Origin: a virus | Lineage: Duplodnaviria; Caudoviricetes | DNA: 64,000 bases | Reading direction: 5' to 3' (one strand) | IMG/VR virus record: IMGVR_UViG_3300032167_007466 | Coordinates: 32,001 to 96,000 of that record | In this document: piece by piece, positions 28,008 to 38,329 of the stretch | How positions within the stretch are numbered: the stretch's first letter is position 1 | Layout of the letters: every line of letters begins with the position of its first letter | Program-made: the position numbers and the translations under genes | Notes under the pieces: model-generated | What the model saw: the letters and a program-made list of their open reading frames with translations, nothing else | The model's database searches: none | Told to the model about the DNA's origin: nothing

Positions 28008-30635
28008 ATAGAAGCAACACAATATACACTTGTAAAGATTCCTATTAAAGAACTTATATCTCAGAATTATGAAGTAAACTTAACTCAAGAGCAGGAAATA
28101 AACAATGAATATTTGATAAAACAAGGATCTTCCCCTTTATTTGACCAAATAGAAAGACTTCGTGGGGAATTTTCAACTCACATAAATGAAATAATCCTAG
28201 TGGTTGCAAAGAAGAATCCAAGGCAGGAAAAGGATTTAAGTTATATTTTAGATAAAGGTTTTGTATATAATGGCGTGCATTATAAGCGTTTTGGAAAATC
28301 TGCCTCTCAAGGGAAAGACGGGATTACCGCATTTGTATGTGATGATATCTTTGACGAGTTATATATGGTTACACAAATGGATATTGAGATTGAAGAGTGT
28401 GTAATATCAAAATATGAAGCACAAAGATGTCTTGTATTTAGTTCCTGTACACTCATTCAGGATTATATGCCTAACATTGTTATTATAGGAGAATATGAAA
28501 AAACACTACGAAATCAGCTAATAAAATATGTTGTTGAAAGGGAACGTGAGTTTGTCGACAAGGAAACAGGTAAAACAAAAAAATATAATTCAAGGGAAAT
28601 TGAAGAGGGTTATAAAGATTTAAAACTTATACCATTTGATGGTTGTGGATGTCACGAAAAAGAGTTTATGGAAATTACCAGCGCCCAGCTTGGACTAGAT
28701 TACAATGCTATAGGCAGCCAGATAAGGCTTCCGTTTGTTAAGGGGTATTCTGTTTATGTACCATTCCGAGAAATCCTTAAAGAATGGGGATATGAATACA
28801 TAACCGATATATATGGACATAAGCATCGTATTGATACAATTGATTGTATTTGGAATACGTCTATGTTTAAAGGACATAAAATCTTCAAAGAAAAATATGG
28901 CAACGATGCTTGGATAGAATATATGAATACACTTCGTAAGTATAACTTTAAACTTGGAATAAGCAAATACAGTCATCATATAAAAAACCTTAATAAGTAT
29001 ACCCGTATGAATTTTCAATATTTACAGTGTTTAGATTTGTGGAATCCTAAATATATTGATTATTGCGAAAATCAAATCGTTGGAGATTATGATATTCTTA
29101 ATAACAAAAATAATGGTAAAATAATTTCGTTAGCTAAGTATACCACTTCACTTTTTGAAAAAATAATCAAAGGTGATAAGTTCTATACATACAAATTCAT
29201 GGGTATATTAGACACCGAAAGTTATGAGCCTGAAAGCAAATATCTTGAAGCTGCACTTGTCAACGATGTAATGTTAAAAGACCCTGCCGTTAAGCAGTTT
29301 ATATATCGTAAACTGAAAAAGTCAATTGACGAAGCTAAAGTTGGAAAAATATATTGTTCAGGCTTTTATCATACTGGCGTTGGGGATATGATTGGTTATT
29401 TACAATATGCGGTTGGTGAAGATCCTGTTGGATGTTTAAATGAAAGAGAGTTGTATAGTGCCAATTTTGAGTCTGGTGATATTATTTCTTTTCGCTCTCC
29501 ACTTGTTGATCCTTCGGAAGTGAATAAGATACGGATTGTGCGTAATGACATCTCAAATAAATGGTTTAAACATTTTAAAGACCAAGATGTTGTTATGTTT
29601 AATATGTACGATGTGTCAGCTCCACAACAAGGCGGTGCAGATTTTGACGGAGATATATTTTTACTCTGTAATGAGCCAATAATTATTGATTCTAAAATCG
29701 ATAAGAAAATAATTATTGACATAGATGACAAAACAACTGCAAAAGCAAAACCCTACACAAAAGAAAATATTATTGAGTATGAGGTTATGACCAGAGATAA
29801 TCGTATAGGCGAGATTACAAATTCGGCAACCAGTATTGAAAATAGGTACACTACAAACGAAGATATTAAAGCCTTATATGACAATTATTCTTCCCTACTA
29901 CGTGTGTACCAAGGACATGAAATCGACTTTATCAAGACCGGCACTCGATGGCAAATGACAAAGGGATTAAGAAAACATCTAAATCAACTGCCTTACTTTT
30001 TGTTGTTTAATTATCCAAAAAAGATGAAAACCTATATCAAATTAAAAGAAAAAAATAAGTATATCGAAAACCCTCAAGATAAAATCAAATTAAACGCATA
30101 TCACTCCCCTTCTCCCATGAACGAGTTGTGTGACTACGTTTGCGCTTGGGAAAAGAAAAATATATTATGGGACAACCAGTTGCAAGATTTAATTGATACA
30201 AGATGTCTTATTATAAATAACGATTTAGACTTAAACAACAAAAACGCCCTAAAAATTGCACGTAGATATGTAAATTCATACGCTGACGAATTAAGAAAAC
30301 ATCTTAATATGAATAAGGACAAGGACAAATCTAATAGCGGAGACTATAAATTCGCAATGGAGAAACTTGTAGAAAAATATAAACAAAATTTAAAACGAGA
30401 TATAAGTTTAAGAGAAGAATTGGTAGCTAATTATGTAATAAAAGCATCTTATGGTAACTTTTCTATCAGCAAGTCGCTTGCTTGGTCGGCTTATGGAGAT
30501 TATATAATCAAAAATTTAAAAGCAAATTCAAACCCACAAAGAAACATCTCTATAACTGAAGTCCCCTATCAAACAAATAACTCATATGGGTATCTTGGAA
30601 AGTTTTATGAGTTTAAGGAGGTTGATGTATTATAG
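28008..30635 (+). CDS. YonO-like single-subunit DNA-dependent RNA polymerase
   Basis: DGCG, QIRLP..KG, RSP and catalytic GGADFDGD. ORF is open from 27816; best RBS (AAAGGAGG) points to ATA at 28008. Confidence 0.88.
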   Translation: MEATQYTLVKIPIKELISQNYEVNLTQEQEINNEYLIKQGSSPLFDQIERLRGEFSTHINEIILVVAKKNPRQEKDLSYILDKGFVYNGVHYKRFGKSASQGKDGITAFVCDDIFDELYMVTQMDIEIEECVISKYEAQRCLVFSSCTLIQDYMPNIVIIGEYEKTLRNQLIKYVVEREREFVDKETGKTKKYNSREIEEGYKDLKLIPFDGCGCHEKEFMEITSAQLGLDYNAIGSQIRLPFVKGYSVYVPFREILKEWGYEYITDIYGHKHRIDTIDCIWNTSMFKGHKIFKEKYGNDAWIEYMNTLRKYNFKLGISKYSHHIKNLNKYTRMNFQYLQCLDLWNPKYIDYCENQIVGDYDILNNKNNGKIISLAKYTTSLFEKIIKGDKFYTYKFMGILDTESYEPESKYLEAALVNDVMLKDPAVKQFIYRKLKKSIDEAKVGKIYCSGFYHTGVGDMIGYLQYAVGEDPVGCLNERELYSANFESGDIISFRSPLVDPSEVNKIRIVRNDISNKWFKHFKDQDVVMFNMYDVSAPQQGGADFDGDIFLLCNEPIIIDSKIDKKIIIDIDDKTTAKAKPYTKENIIEYEVMTRDNRIGEITNSATSIENRYTTNEDIKALYDNYSSLLRVYQGHEIDFIKTGTRWQMTKGLRKHLNQLPYFLLFNYPKKMKTYIKLKEKNKYIENPQDKIKLNAYHSPSPMNELCDYVCAWEKKNILWDNQLQDLIDTRCLIINNDLDLNNKNALKIARRYVNSYADELRKHLNMNKDKDKSNSGDYKFAMEKLVEKYKQNLKRDISLREELVANYVIKASYGNFSISKSLAWSAYGDYIIKNLKANSNPQRNISITEVPYQTNNSYGYLGKFYEFKEVDVL

Positions 30636-31450
30636 AGCAGTATTTGTATGAAATAATTGAAGATTATAAATCTTGTGAAAATAAAGATAATATTTTTAAT
30701 TCTTTCTGTCGCATAATTTGGCAAAGTGATAATAAGAGGAAAGTGTTTACAAAAACAATTCATTACACCGTTAGAAAAGATTTGTTAAACACAGATGTTG
30801 GTAAAGTGTTTGATTGTTGGTCTGATGTGGAGTATAAAGGCTATAAGGCTATGTCAACTGAAAATGATTGGTGCAGTCTTATACGACAGAAAATAAACAA
30901 TCTTTATACTCGATATTTTGATAAAGAAGTAATTCTTAATAAAGATTATATGCATTTATTGAACACACCAAAAAGATTATATTACAGATGGATTGACGGA
31001 GACGAAATGGATGCTGATGAGTTGACTGTTATCATTGATGACGCGATTGACAAGGCAATTAAATTAAAACCCATATATCAAAAACAAAAGATGTCGCTAT
31101 CTTGGCAGGAATATAAAACCTTGATAGAGGTGTTCCTAAGGAAGATTTTTGACAGATGCAAGACAATCAACGAGTATGAAGATAGAAACATTAAAATTCG
31201 GTTGTATGATTTTGCAAACGAAGATAATTTTTACATACGATATTTTTGTAAATGTCTTGAGGGTGAAATGTTGAAATATCAAAAGCAATACTATGGTGTA
31301 AGGGATCATAAAAAATACAAAAGGTGTAAAACTTGTGGTTCTTTAATTGAAAATGACGCAAAAAATCGCCAATATTGTGATAGTTGTAAAAAGAAAAAAA
31401 GAAAAGAAATAAATCACAATTACTACATTAAGACTGTTTTAAAATCATAG
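30629..31450 (+). CDS. Hypothetical protein with C-terminal zinc finger (possible RNAP cofactor)
   Basis: CKTCG...YCDSC; coupled to the RNAP stop, AAGGAGG RBS. Confidence 0.65.
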   Translation: MIEQYLYEIIEDYKSCENKDNIFNSFCRIIWQSDNKRKVFTKTIHYTVRKDLLNTDVGKVFDCWSDVEYKGYKAMSTENDWCSLIRQKINNLYTRYFDKEVILNKDYMHLLNTPKRLYYRWIDGDEMDADELTVIIDDAIDKAIKLKPIYQKQKMSLSWQEYKTLIEVFLRKIFDRCKTINEYEDRNIKIRLYDFANEDNFYIRYFCKCLEGEMLKYQKQYYGVRDHKKYKRCKTCGSLIENDAKNRQYCDSCKKKKRKEINHNYYIKTVLKS

Positions 31451-31584
31451 TTTTAGGCTTAGTTATGCCGTTCATAAAGATTTTCAACTTCGTATATATA
31501 CAGTATAGGATAAAGAAACAATTAGCTATAAAGCATCGTTTAAAGACGGTGCTTTTTATATTACAAAAAATAATTTAAGAAAGA

Positions 31585-31806
31585 GTGATAATTATAATTC
31601 CTATAACAAAGGACGAGGCACAAAAATTGAATAAGGTTTATAAGATACAGTTTCATAGAGATAATGGTATATCTTCTACTTATTCAAAACCTAAGAAATT
31701 TTATCTTACGCCTGTTAAACGCAATATTAACGCACTTAACGAAATCAGAGGTGTAAAAACTTACAAAAATAAACCTAATTTTGAGAATAAGAGAGTTGGT
31801 GTATAA
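31585..31806 (+). CDS. Small hypothetical protein
   Basis: 73-aa ORF heading the operon. Confidence 0.55.
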   Translation: MIIIIPITKDEAQKLNKVYKIQFHRDNGISSTYSKPKKFYLTPVKRNINALNEIRGVKTYKNKPNFENKRVGV

Positions 31807-33063
31807 TTGTACGATTTTGAACAAGAGATTGCAAAATATGGTTTGACAATCGAAGAATATGAAAATGCACTTAAAGAGTGTGCCGACAAACAGAATCATA
31901 AGATTGATTGCGAATGGCTTGATATAATTTCTAAATACAACATTAAGAATCCGAATGGCAGAGATGCCAATATTCATTACGATAGTCTCAGGAAATCGCA
32001 ACAAACCATTTTTGGTGGTGCATTTGTATTAGAATATCACAAATGGAAAAATGAAAAAGAAACTGGGAACACCAATTATTCAAAAGAGTTAGATGACAAA
32101 CTCGAAAAGATACGAAAAGAAAGAATCAAACTTCAAACAGCAAATATTGAGAGAGGTCGAGTAGACAGAAGCTCCTCTCGTCAAGAAATGTATTATGAGT
32201 ATGTTGGTAGTGTTTGTGAGGCTTTACCTCTTCCCTCTTTTTGTTCTATTCCGGATTCTCAAACGGATGACATTGAATATATTATGCCAATAGCGGATGT
32301 TCATTATGGTGCTACATTCAAAAGCGAGAACAACGAATATTCTCCTGATATTGCGAAAGAAAGATTTGAAAATTTGGCTTGTTATGTTACTGACTTTATT
32401 CAAAAACATAAACTTAACAAGTTACACGTTGTTTCACTTGGAGATTTGATACAAGGTATTTTAAGAGCTAGTGATTTAAAAATCAACGACTCATCTGTTG
32501 TAAAGGCAACGGTTGAGATTAGTAGATTAATGGCGTCATTCTTAAATGATATATCAGCATACACAAACATTGAGTATTACCATGCTCCATCTGCCAATCA
32601 TACACAAATTAGACCTTTAGGTACAAAGGCTAATGAATTAGGCGATGAGGACTTGGAATACATAATTGGACATTACATAAAAGATTTGTGTCGAAATAAC
32701 ACAAGAATAAATGTGTATTTAGCCGAGGAAGGAAAACAGTACGTAGAAATTCCTGTTTGTGGAAATGAAATAATTGCTATGCATGGACACCAATTGAAGA
32801 ATATAGAAAATTCTATAAGAGATTTAAGTATGCTTAGACGCTCATTCTTAGATTATCTTCTTTTAGGGCATTGGCACAACGGAAGAGAAGTACCAAGTTT
32901 TGAAGGTGTATACAACGATACGGAAATTTTAGTTAGCCCGTCATTTGTAGGCAGTGACCCTTATAGCGATTCAATTATGAAAGGTTCTAAAGCATCCGTA
33001 AAAATATATGGGTTTTCTGACGTGTACGGGCATACGGAAACTTATAAATTCATTTTAAATTGA
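31807..33063 (+). CDS. Calcineurin-like metallophosphoesterase (SPbeta YonJ-like)
   Basis: ADVHYG, LGDLIQG, ANH, HGH, GHWH motifs. Confidence 0.85.
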   Translation: MYDFEQEIAKYGLTIEEYENALKECADKQNHKIDCEWLDIISKYNIKNPNGRDANIHYDSLRKSQQTIFGGAFVLEYHKWKNEKETGNTNYSKELDDKLEKIRKERIKLQTANIERGRVDRSSSRQEMYYEYVGSVCEALPLPSFCSIPDSQTDDIEYIMPIADVHYGATFKSENNEYSPDIAKERFENLACYVTDFIQKHKLNKLHVVSLGDLIQGILRASDLKINDSSVVKATVEISRLMASFLNDISAYTNIEYYHAPSANHTQIRPLGTKANELGDEDLEYIIGHYIKDLCRNNTRINVYLAEEGKQYVEIPVCGNEIIAMHGHQLKNIENSIRDLSMLRRSFLDYLLLGHWHNGREVPSFEGVYNDTEILVSPSFVGSDPYSDSIMKGSKASVKIYGFSDVYGHTETYKFILN

Positions 33064-33125
33064 GGTTAATTATATTTTATTAGCGTTATAAATTAATTGT
33101 AAAGAATGAAAGGAAAATAATTGAT

Positions 33126-33398
33126 ATGAACAAGCAAGATATGATAAAGGAAATTGCAGGCAGAATAGACGTGTCAAATAAGACCGTTTCTGCTGTTTTG
33201 GAGACGTTTCAACAGGTTGTAAAGGAAAATGTAAGTACAGGAAACAAAGTTGCTATAAGCGGCTTCATAACCTTTGAGAAGAGACATGTAGAGGAACGTT
33301 CTGGAGTAAGTCAACTTGGAGATGGCAAGACATGGACAAAACCAGCTCATGATGAAATAAAAGTGACACTCTCAAAGGCTTATAAAAATATTGACTAA
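33126..33398 (+). CDS. hup: HU family DNA-binding protein
   Basis: MNKQDMIKEIA..VAISGFITFE..R.G. Confidence 0.88.
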   Translation: MNKQDMIKEIAGRIDVSNKTVSAVLETFQQVVKENVSTGNKVAISGFITFEKRHVEERSGVSQLGDGKTWTKPAHDEIKVTLSKAYKNID

Positions 33399-33419
33399 TA
33401 CTGATTGGAGCGTGTATGA

Positions 33420-33974
33420 ATGAAAAGTTATAAGTCCATAGACGAATTAGTTTCTGAAATATTTGAATACGTTGAAACTAAATACGAATCAGTCGCTATT
33501 GTTGCTTATCCTAAAGTTGCTTCAGCAATAATGGATACGATATTTTCAGATTATGTAGTATATCCCAAGTTTATTCATTATGACATAGATTATGAAGATG
33601 AATATGCCATTACAATAGATGAAAATTATTGTATATACATGGAACCTATAAAGGATTCTCAGGAATATTCAATGGTAGATGCTGATATGTTATTGCTACA
33701 CGAAGACATCAAATCAAGTTTCTTGCGTTTTCAAAATGAAAATTGCAACTATAAGATGTTTGAAGTAGCAAATGGCGAATGCGACTATGATTGTTGTGAA
33801 GAATGTTCAGATGAACTTGTAGATGAATTTGCAAAGGTTGATGAAGATACTGAGATACATGGATTTACTATTAAGAAAAATGATGGTGATAAGTTTGCAA
33901 GTTATAGTTTCTATACTTCTGAAATAATAGACAAAGATGACATTAGAACAATTATAAAGGATTTTGGGTTTTAA
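33420..33974 (+). CDS. Acidic hypothetical protein
   Basis: 184-aa ORF. Confidence 0.7.
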   Translation: MKSYKSIDELVSEIFEYVETKYESVAIVAYPKVASAIMDTIFSDYVVYPKFIHYDIDYEDEYAITIDENYCIYMEPIKDSQEYSMVDADMLLLHEDIKSSFLRFQNENCNYKMFEVANGECDYDCCEECSDELVDEFAKVDEDTEIHGFTIKKNDGDKFASYSFYTSEIIDKDDIRTIIKDFGF

Positions 33975-34155
33975 TAAAAGTTATTGTTTTCATTGGAAAG
34001 TTTAATGGATTAAAAGAGCGACGGTTCTTTTGTACGGGTTATACTCGCATAACTCTTAGCTTTTTGAACAGAATCTGACACGCCTCTCAACGATGCGTAC
34101 CACGTCAGGTCATTTATACGTAGAGGGCTGATTTACTTCGGCTCTCTTTTTATAT

Positions 34156-34228
34156 GGCGCCATCGTCTAATGGTCAGGACACGAGATTTTCAATCTCGGA
34201 ATGATGGGTTCAACTCCCTCTGGCGTCA
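34156..34228 (+). tRNA. tRNA-Glu(TTC)
   Basis: Acceptor GGCGCCA/TGGCGTC, anticodon arm CGAGA-ttTTCaa-TCTCG, GGTTCAACTCC T arm; no encoded CCA. Confidence 0.88.
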
Positions 34229-34577
34229 GTAATAAGGCGAACTCTACCTACAGTTCTATGGAGATAGTCTGAATCGTACTAGCGATAGGATGAAACAAGT
34301 GAGACAGTTTGCAATATCAGAAGACGGACAGAGCATTGCAAATGATGCCCTGAGACGAATAGGGCTTGAATAATGAGTCGGTCTGTGAGTGTAATTTGCT
34401 TTTAAAGTTTAAGTGGATTATGCAATAACGGTGGCGATAACAGGACGCTATAGGAGTTACTGTGGATAATCGCAAAACTTTATCCATTTATTTGGATAAT
34501 AACATTATAGAGGTCAGTCAGTTAGACTGGTAAGGGGAATTATAGGTACTTCCTATCCCCGCCTCCAATTTTTACGA

Positions 34578-36248
34578 TTGGAGGGTTATATGGGATTAAT
34601 TAACGAATATACTACTGTAGGTTTAAATAGTAGTGTTATTAAGTATTACGAAGAGTTGGGGTATGTTATACCCAGAAGTAAAGACAGTGAAGGTAGAATG
34701 AGAGTTCCTAGAGGAACAACCATAGATGTAAAAACAACAGACCTTACACCTTTCTCTAACCAATATGTAGATGTTAAATGTGACTGTTGTGGTACAAGAA
34801 AAAAGATTTTTTATTCAATGTATAATAAGAACATAAGTAGAAACAATGGTTTTTATTTATGTACTATGGATACTAAACATAGGGATTTTGCTAACGGGAT
34901 AACAATGGATAAAATAGTAAAATGCCTAAAAGATTTTTATAATAAAACTGGTAAGTTTCCTAAATATAATGAATACACGGAAGATAACGGAATACCTTTT
35001 TCTTATTCAAAAATAATAGATGTTTTTAAGCAAAACGGAACAACCTTAAACGATGAATTAGCAAAGATTGATTGTTATAGTTTGAGAAAAGTTAATGTTC
35101 AATATTATGATAAATATTTATGTAGATTAAAAGATGTGATTAGTAAAAATCCAAACATAGGGAACAGTTTATATTCGTTGTCAAGAGATGATAATTGCAG
35201 CGTGTATGGACTCCCAAATATTCGATGGTTTATAGAACACTGTCCTGATAAGACAGTTAACAATGTTGACACATTTAAAGAGTGGGCAGGACTTTTTACA
35301 AAACACATGTCCAAAGAGCAATGTACACAAATTATTTTAAATATGGCTAAAAATTTTGATAGACCATTGATGTATGATGATTTTAGAGGGCATGAATATG
35401 GACAAGTCACAATTCAAATGATACGCAACCACTGGGGTTCGTTAAATAAAATGAAACAAGAACTTGGTTTAGTGATTAATATCGAGTCTATGATAGACAA
35501 GCAACTATCTAAAGAGCAGTTTGACGAAGTGGTTTCTAAAATTTGCGAGTTTGTTCATAACGAAAAAAGAAATTTTATAACCACTCGTGAAATTGACAAT
35601 AATCCAGACTGGTGTAACATGAGTACTTTAAGAAGAATGACAGACAAATATTATCATTGTAAAGTACAGGATTTGTTTGCACAGAATGATGTCTCACTTG
35701 GTAAACAAGGTTGTGGTATAAATTTTGATTTTGGTGATGGAGAGCATATTACAAGTCAGTTTGAATATATGTTTTCAAAATATCTTAGAGATTGCGGTTT
35801 AAAGTATAATATCGATTATTTCAGAGATGTAAAATATTCTACATTTATTCCAGAATATAAAAATAATATGAATTGCGACTATGTAATACATATTGGCGAG
35901 AAAACAATATACATAGAAATTGCAGGTATTTTGGCAGAATATAAGAATTGGTACTATGATAACAGACCGATAATTCGTAGTAAATCAAAAGAGAACTACA
36001 GATTAAAACTAAAGAAAAAGGAAGAGATGTTAAAATCTAATAACCTTATTTACTTTATACTCTTTCCTTGTGATTTGACCAAGGACAACTTTAAAAACAT
36101 ATTGCATGATGGTTCTATTAAGTTAAGAAAGACTATCGAAAAATTTATACAGAATAATATTGACTGGGTAAAAATTAGAGAAGTTGGCGAATTGGATTAT
36201 ACAAAGCCATTTCTCAGAGATACAAGACCTAAAAAAGAAGCAGTTTGA
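34578..36248 (+). CDS. Free-standing homing endonuclease-like protein (helical repeats plus C-terminal PD-(D/E)xK-like domain)
   Basis: N-terminal CDCCG, repeated helical units, SQFE..CDYVI..YIEIAG. Confidence 0.55.
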   Translation: MEGYMGLINEYTTVGLNSSVIKYYEELGYVIPRSKDSEGRMRVPRGTTIDVKTTDLTPFSNQYVDVKCDCCGTRKKIFYSMYNKNISRNNGFYLCTMDTKHRDFANGITMDKIVKCLKDFYNKTGKFPKYNEYTEDNGIPFSYSKIIDVFKQNGTTLNDELAKIDCYSLRKVNVQYYDKYLCRLKDVISKNPNIGNSLYSLSRDDNCSVYGLPNIRWFIEHCPDKTVNNVDTFKEWAGLFTKHMSKEQCTQIILNMAKNFDRPLMYDDFRGHEYGQVTIQMIRNHWGSLNKMKQELGLVINIESMIDKQLSKEQFDEVVSKICEFVHNEKRNFITTREIDNNPDWCNMSTLRRMTDKYYHCKVQDLFAQNDVSLGKQGCGINFDFGDGEHITSQFEYMFSKYLRDCGLKYNIDYFRDVKYSTFIPEYKNNMNCDYVIHIGEKTIYIEIAGILAEYKNWYYDNRPIIRSKSKENYRLKLKKKEEMLKSNNLIYFILFPCDLTKDNFKNILHDGSIKLRKTIEKFIQNNIDWVKIREVGELDYTKPFLRDTRPKKEAV

Positions 36249-36287
36249 ATGTTTGAACTGCTTCTTTTTATATGTTAACGAAAGGGA

Positions 36288-37304
36288 GTGAGGCTAATGG
36301 CTCGTGGAAGAATATATAATAATTTTTATACACCCGAATTGTGGGAGCAGGTAAATAAAGAAAACAAAAGAATTCTTGATGATTTTTTGGCTGAGTATAG
36401 GCAAAGAAAGAAAGCGAAGAGCACAATTTCCTCTTACTTTCAAGATTTAAGAATTATACTCATATATGTGCTTAAAGAGCACTCAAATAAATCAATTCTC
36501 GAAATGAACAAAAAAGATTTTAGAGGTATGAGTTTATATTTTACTGAAGAGTGTGGAATGTCACCAGCAAGAACAAACAGACTAAAAAGTTCTATTAATA
36601 GTCTACTTACCTTTTGCGAAGAAGATGACGACTATGAATACGAAATCAATCAGTCTAAAAAGGTTAAGGGTGTGCCTAGAGAACGAGTTAGGGACAATGA
36701 AGATGATTTCTTCTTTACTTTTGAAGAATTTATCAAAGTTAGAGATATATTGGTAGAAAAGGGTAATTTGCAGTCTGCCGTACTCTGGTCGCTTGGTTTT
36801 GATTCTGCTGGGAGAAAGAATGAACTTTTGCAGGTAGAAAAGCACGGATTGACTGATAGTAACAAGACTAACGTTGTAGTTGGCAAGCGTGGTAAAAAGT
36901 TTTGTTTAGTGTATCTTGATGATACAAAAGAGTTAATTCGTCAATATCTCGAAGAACGTGGTGAAGACGAAGTTGATTCGTTGTGGTATAAAAATCTAAA
37001 TGGTAAAAGAGAGCCTGTTACCGACAGTGCATTGTATGATAGGATATGCTCTATTTCAAAAATCTTATCCGAAGTACGTGGTGAGGAATGTAATATATTT
37101 ACTCATACAATGAGACATAGTAGATTGGAGTGTTTGGCTCAAGGAACCGACACAAGATTGCTTGATGAAAATGGAAGCCCTAAGAAGTTCCCATTGGAGC
37201 AAGTACAGGTGTTTGCTCATCACAGCGACGTGTCTACTACGCAATCATATCTTAAAGACCATTCTGATGACACCATTAATGAAATGTTTGGTTTTGAAAG
37301 TTAA
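36288..37304 (+). CDS. Tyrosine recombinase
   Basis: GRKNEL, GKRGK, HTMRH, AHH, TTQSY. Confidence 0.88.
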   Translation: MRLMARGRIYNNFYTPELWEQVNKENKRILDDFLAEYRQRKKAKSTISSYFQDLRIILIYVLKEHSNKSILEMNKKDFRGMSLYFTEECGMSPARTNRLKSSINSLLTFCEEDDDYEYEINQSKKVKGVPRERVRDNEDDFFFTFEEFIKVRDILVEKGNLQSAVLWSLGFDSAGRKNELLQVEKHGLTDSNKTNVVVGKRGKKFCLVYLDDTKELIRQYLEERGEDEVDSLWYKNLNGKREPVTDSALYDRICSISKILSEVRGEECNIFTHTMRHSRLECLAQGTDTRLLDENGSPKKFPLEQVQVFAHHSDVSTTQSYLKDHSDDTINEMFGFES

Positions 37305-37634
37305 ATCCCTTTAGCACTTCAATTTTATGGAGAATAATATAGTGGTCATAGTAGGTGTGGGTACGCCCACCCTGCTTTAACTTATCGCCTTTGACTAATT
37401 AAGTTAAAAATAACTGCTTAATTTATCATATTTGACTACTTATCCGACAAACATACTATCGTGTCGGATATTTGCTTATTACACCCTTATGGGTACAAAA
37501 ATGTAATTATATCTTAAAATTATACCCTTAAAGGTGCAATTAATGGAGAATGATATATTAGAACTATAAGAACGGTGTAACTGTCGCTTATACTTCACCA
37601 CGCCCACCGGAGAGGTGTAACTTCTGCCGGGCGT

Positions 37635-38101
37635 GGAATATATTAACATAGCTCCTTGCGAGCAACAAAATATCGACACCGCCCCTTGCAGGCATTAAAA
37701 CAATTTGGCTGACGAAAGTCTGGTCAACCGAATTATGGGGAATTTCCTCATCGACGGGTACGAGTCGAAATCATACGGATTGAAAATGGTAAACCGTACC
37801 GATTAGAGTGGCAGACCTAAACTGCTATTAACCGATGACACAATACGCTTTGTCGAGTAGTGATTGTTGAGGTTCTATATCAGTTATTGCTTAGCTGGTC
37901 TCGAATAGGCTTTGCGCTGAAAACAAAAGCGAGAAGTATCACAAACGCAAGATAAGTGATACGCACCACATACTTGAGATGTGGGTATACAATGATTATA
38001 TATGCCGGGCTACTTTCGGTGTATATATGAGTATTGGAGGGGTCGCTTTACCACAGAGTAGATAGCCGTATGGCGAAAGAAAAGCACTTGCACATGTTTT
38101 T
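37635..38101 (+). ncRNA. Probable ROOL large ornate ncRNA (compact)
   Basis: ORF-free, multi-hairpin, GC-elevated stretch. Blocks ACATAGCT, GTACCGATT..AGTGGCAGACCT, GAGTAG, ATCAGT..TTGCTTAGCTG..TCGAATA and TGGCGAAAG..AGCAC match my recollection of ROOL; tRNA-adjacent prophage context. Confidence 0.6.
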
Positions 38102-38144
38102 CATTTTTTTATCTCCTTTGGAGGGGTATTCTCCCCTCTTATAT

Positions 38145-38203
38145 GTCAGTGTAGCTCAGATGGTAAGAGCCTTGGAGCGTAGGTTCAAGTCCTACCACTG
38201 ACC
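38145..38203 (+). ncRNA. tRNA-like RNA lacking the anticodon arm
   Basis: Acceptor GTCAGTG/CACTGAC, D arm GCTC-agatggtaa-GAGC, 8-nt linker, T arm GTAGG-ttcaagt-CCTAC. Confidence 0.75.
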
Positions 38204-38294
38204 ACAGAATAAGCATTCTAAAGTGATGCTTACAGATATGGCTAACTTGGCAGTTAGTCGGAATATATCGCAACCTTATATGGTTGCATTTGCG

Positions 38295-38322
38295 AAAAGC
38301 AACCTTTACGGGTTGCTTTTTC
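38295..38322 (+). terminator. Intrinsic terminator
   Basis: AAAAGCAACC-tttacg-GGTTGCTTTTT. Confidence 0.7.
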
Positions 38323-38329
38323 TATTTGA

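Noticed and set aside
34269-34296. Hammerhead-like CTGA...GAAAC
   Set aside because: Lacks the CUGANGA core and convincing stems I and III
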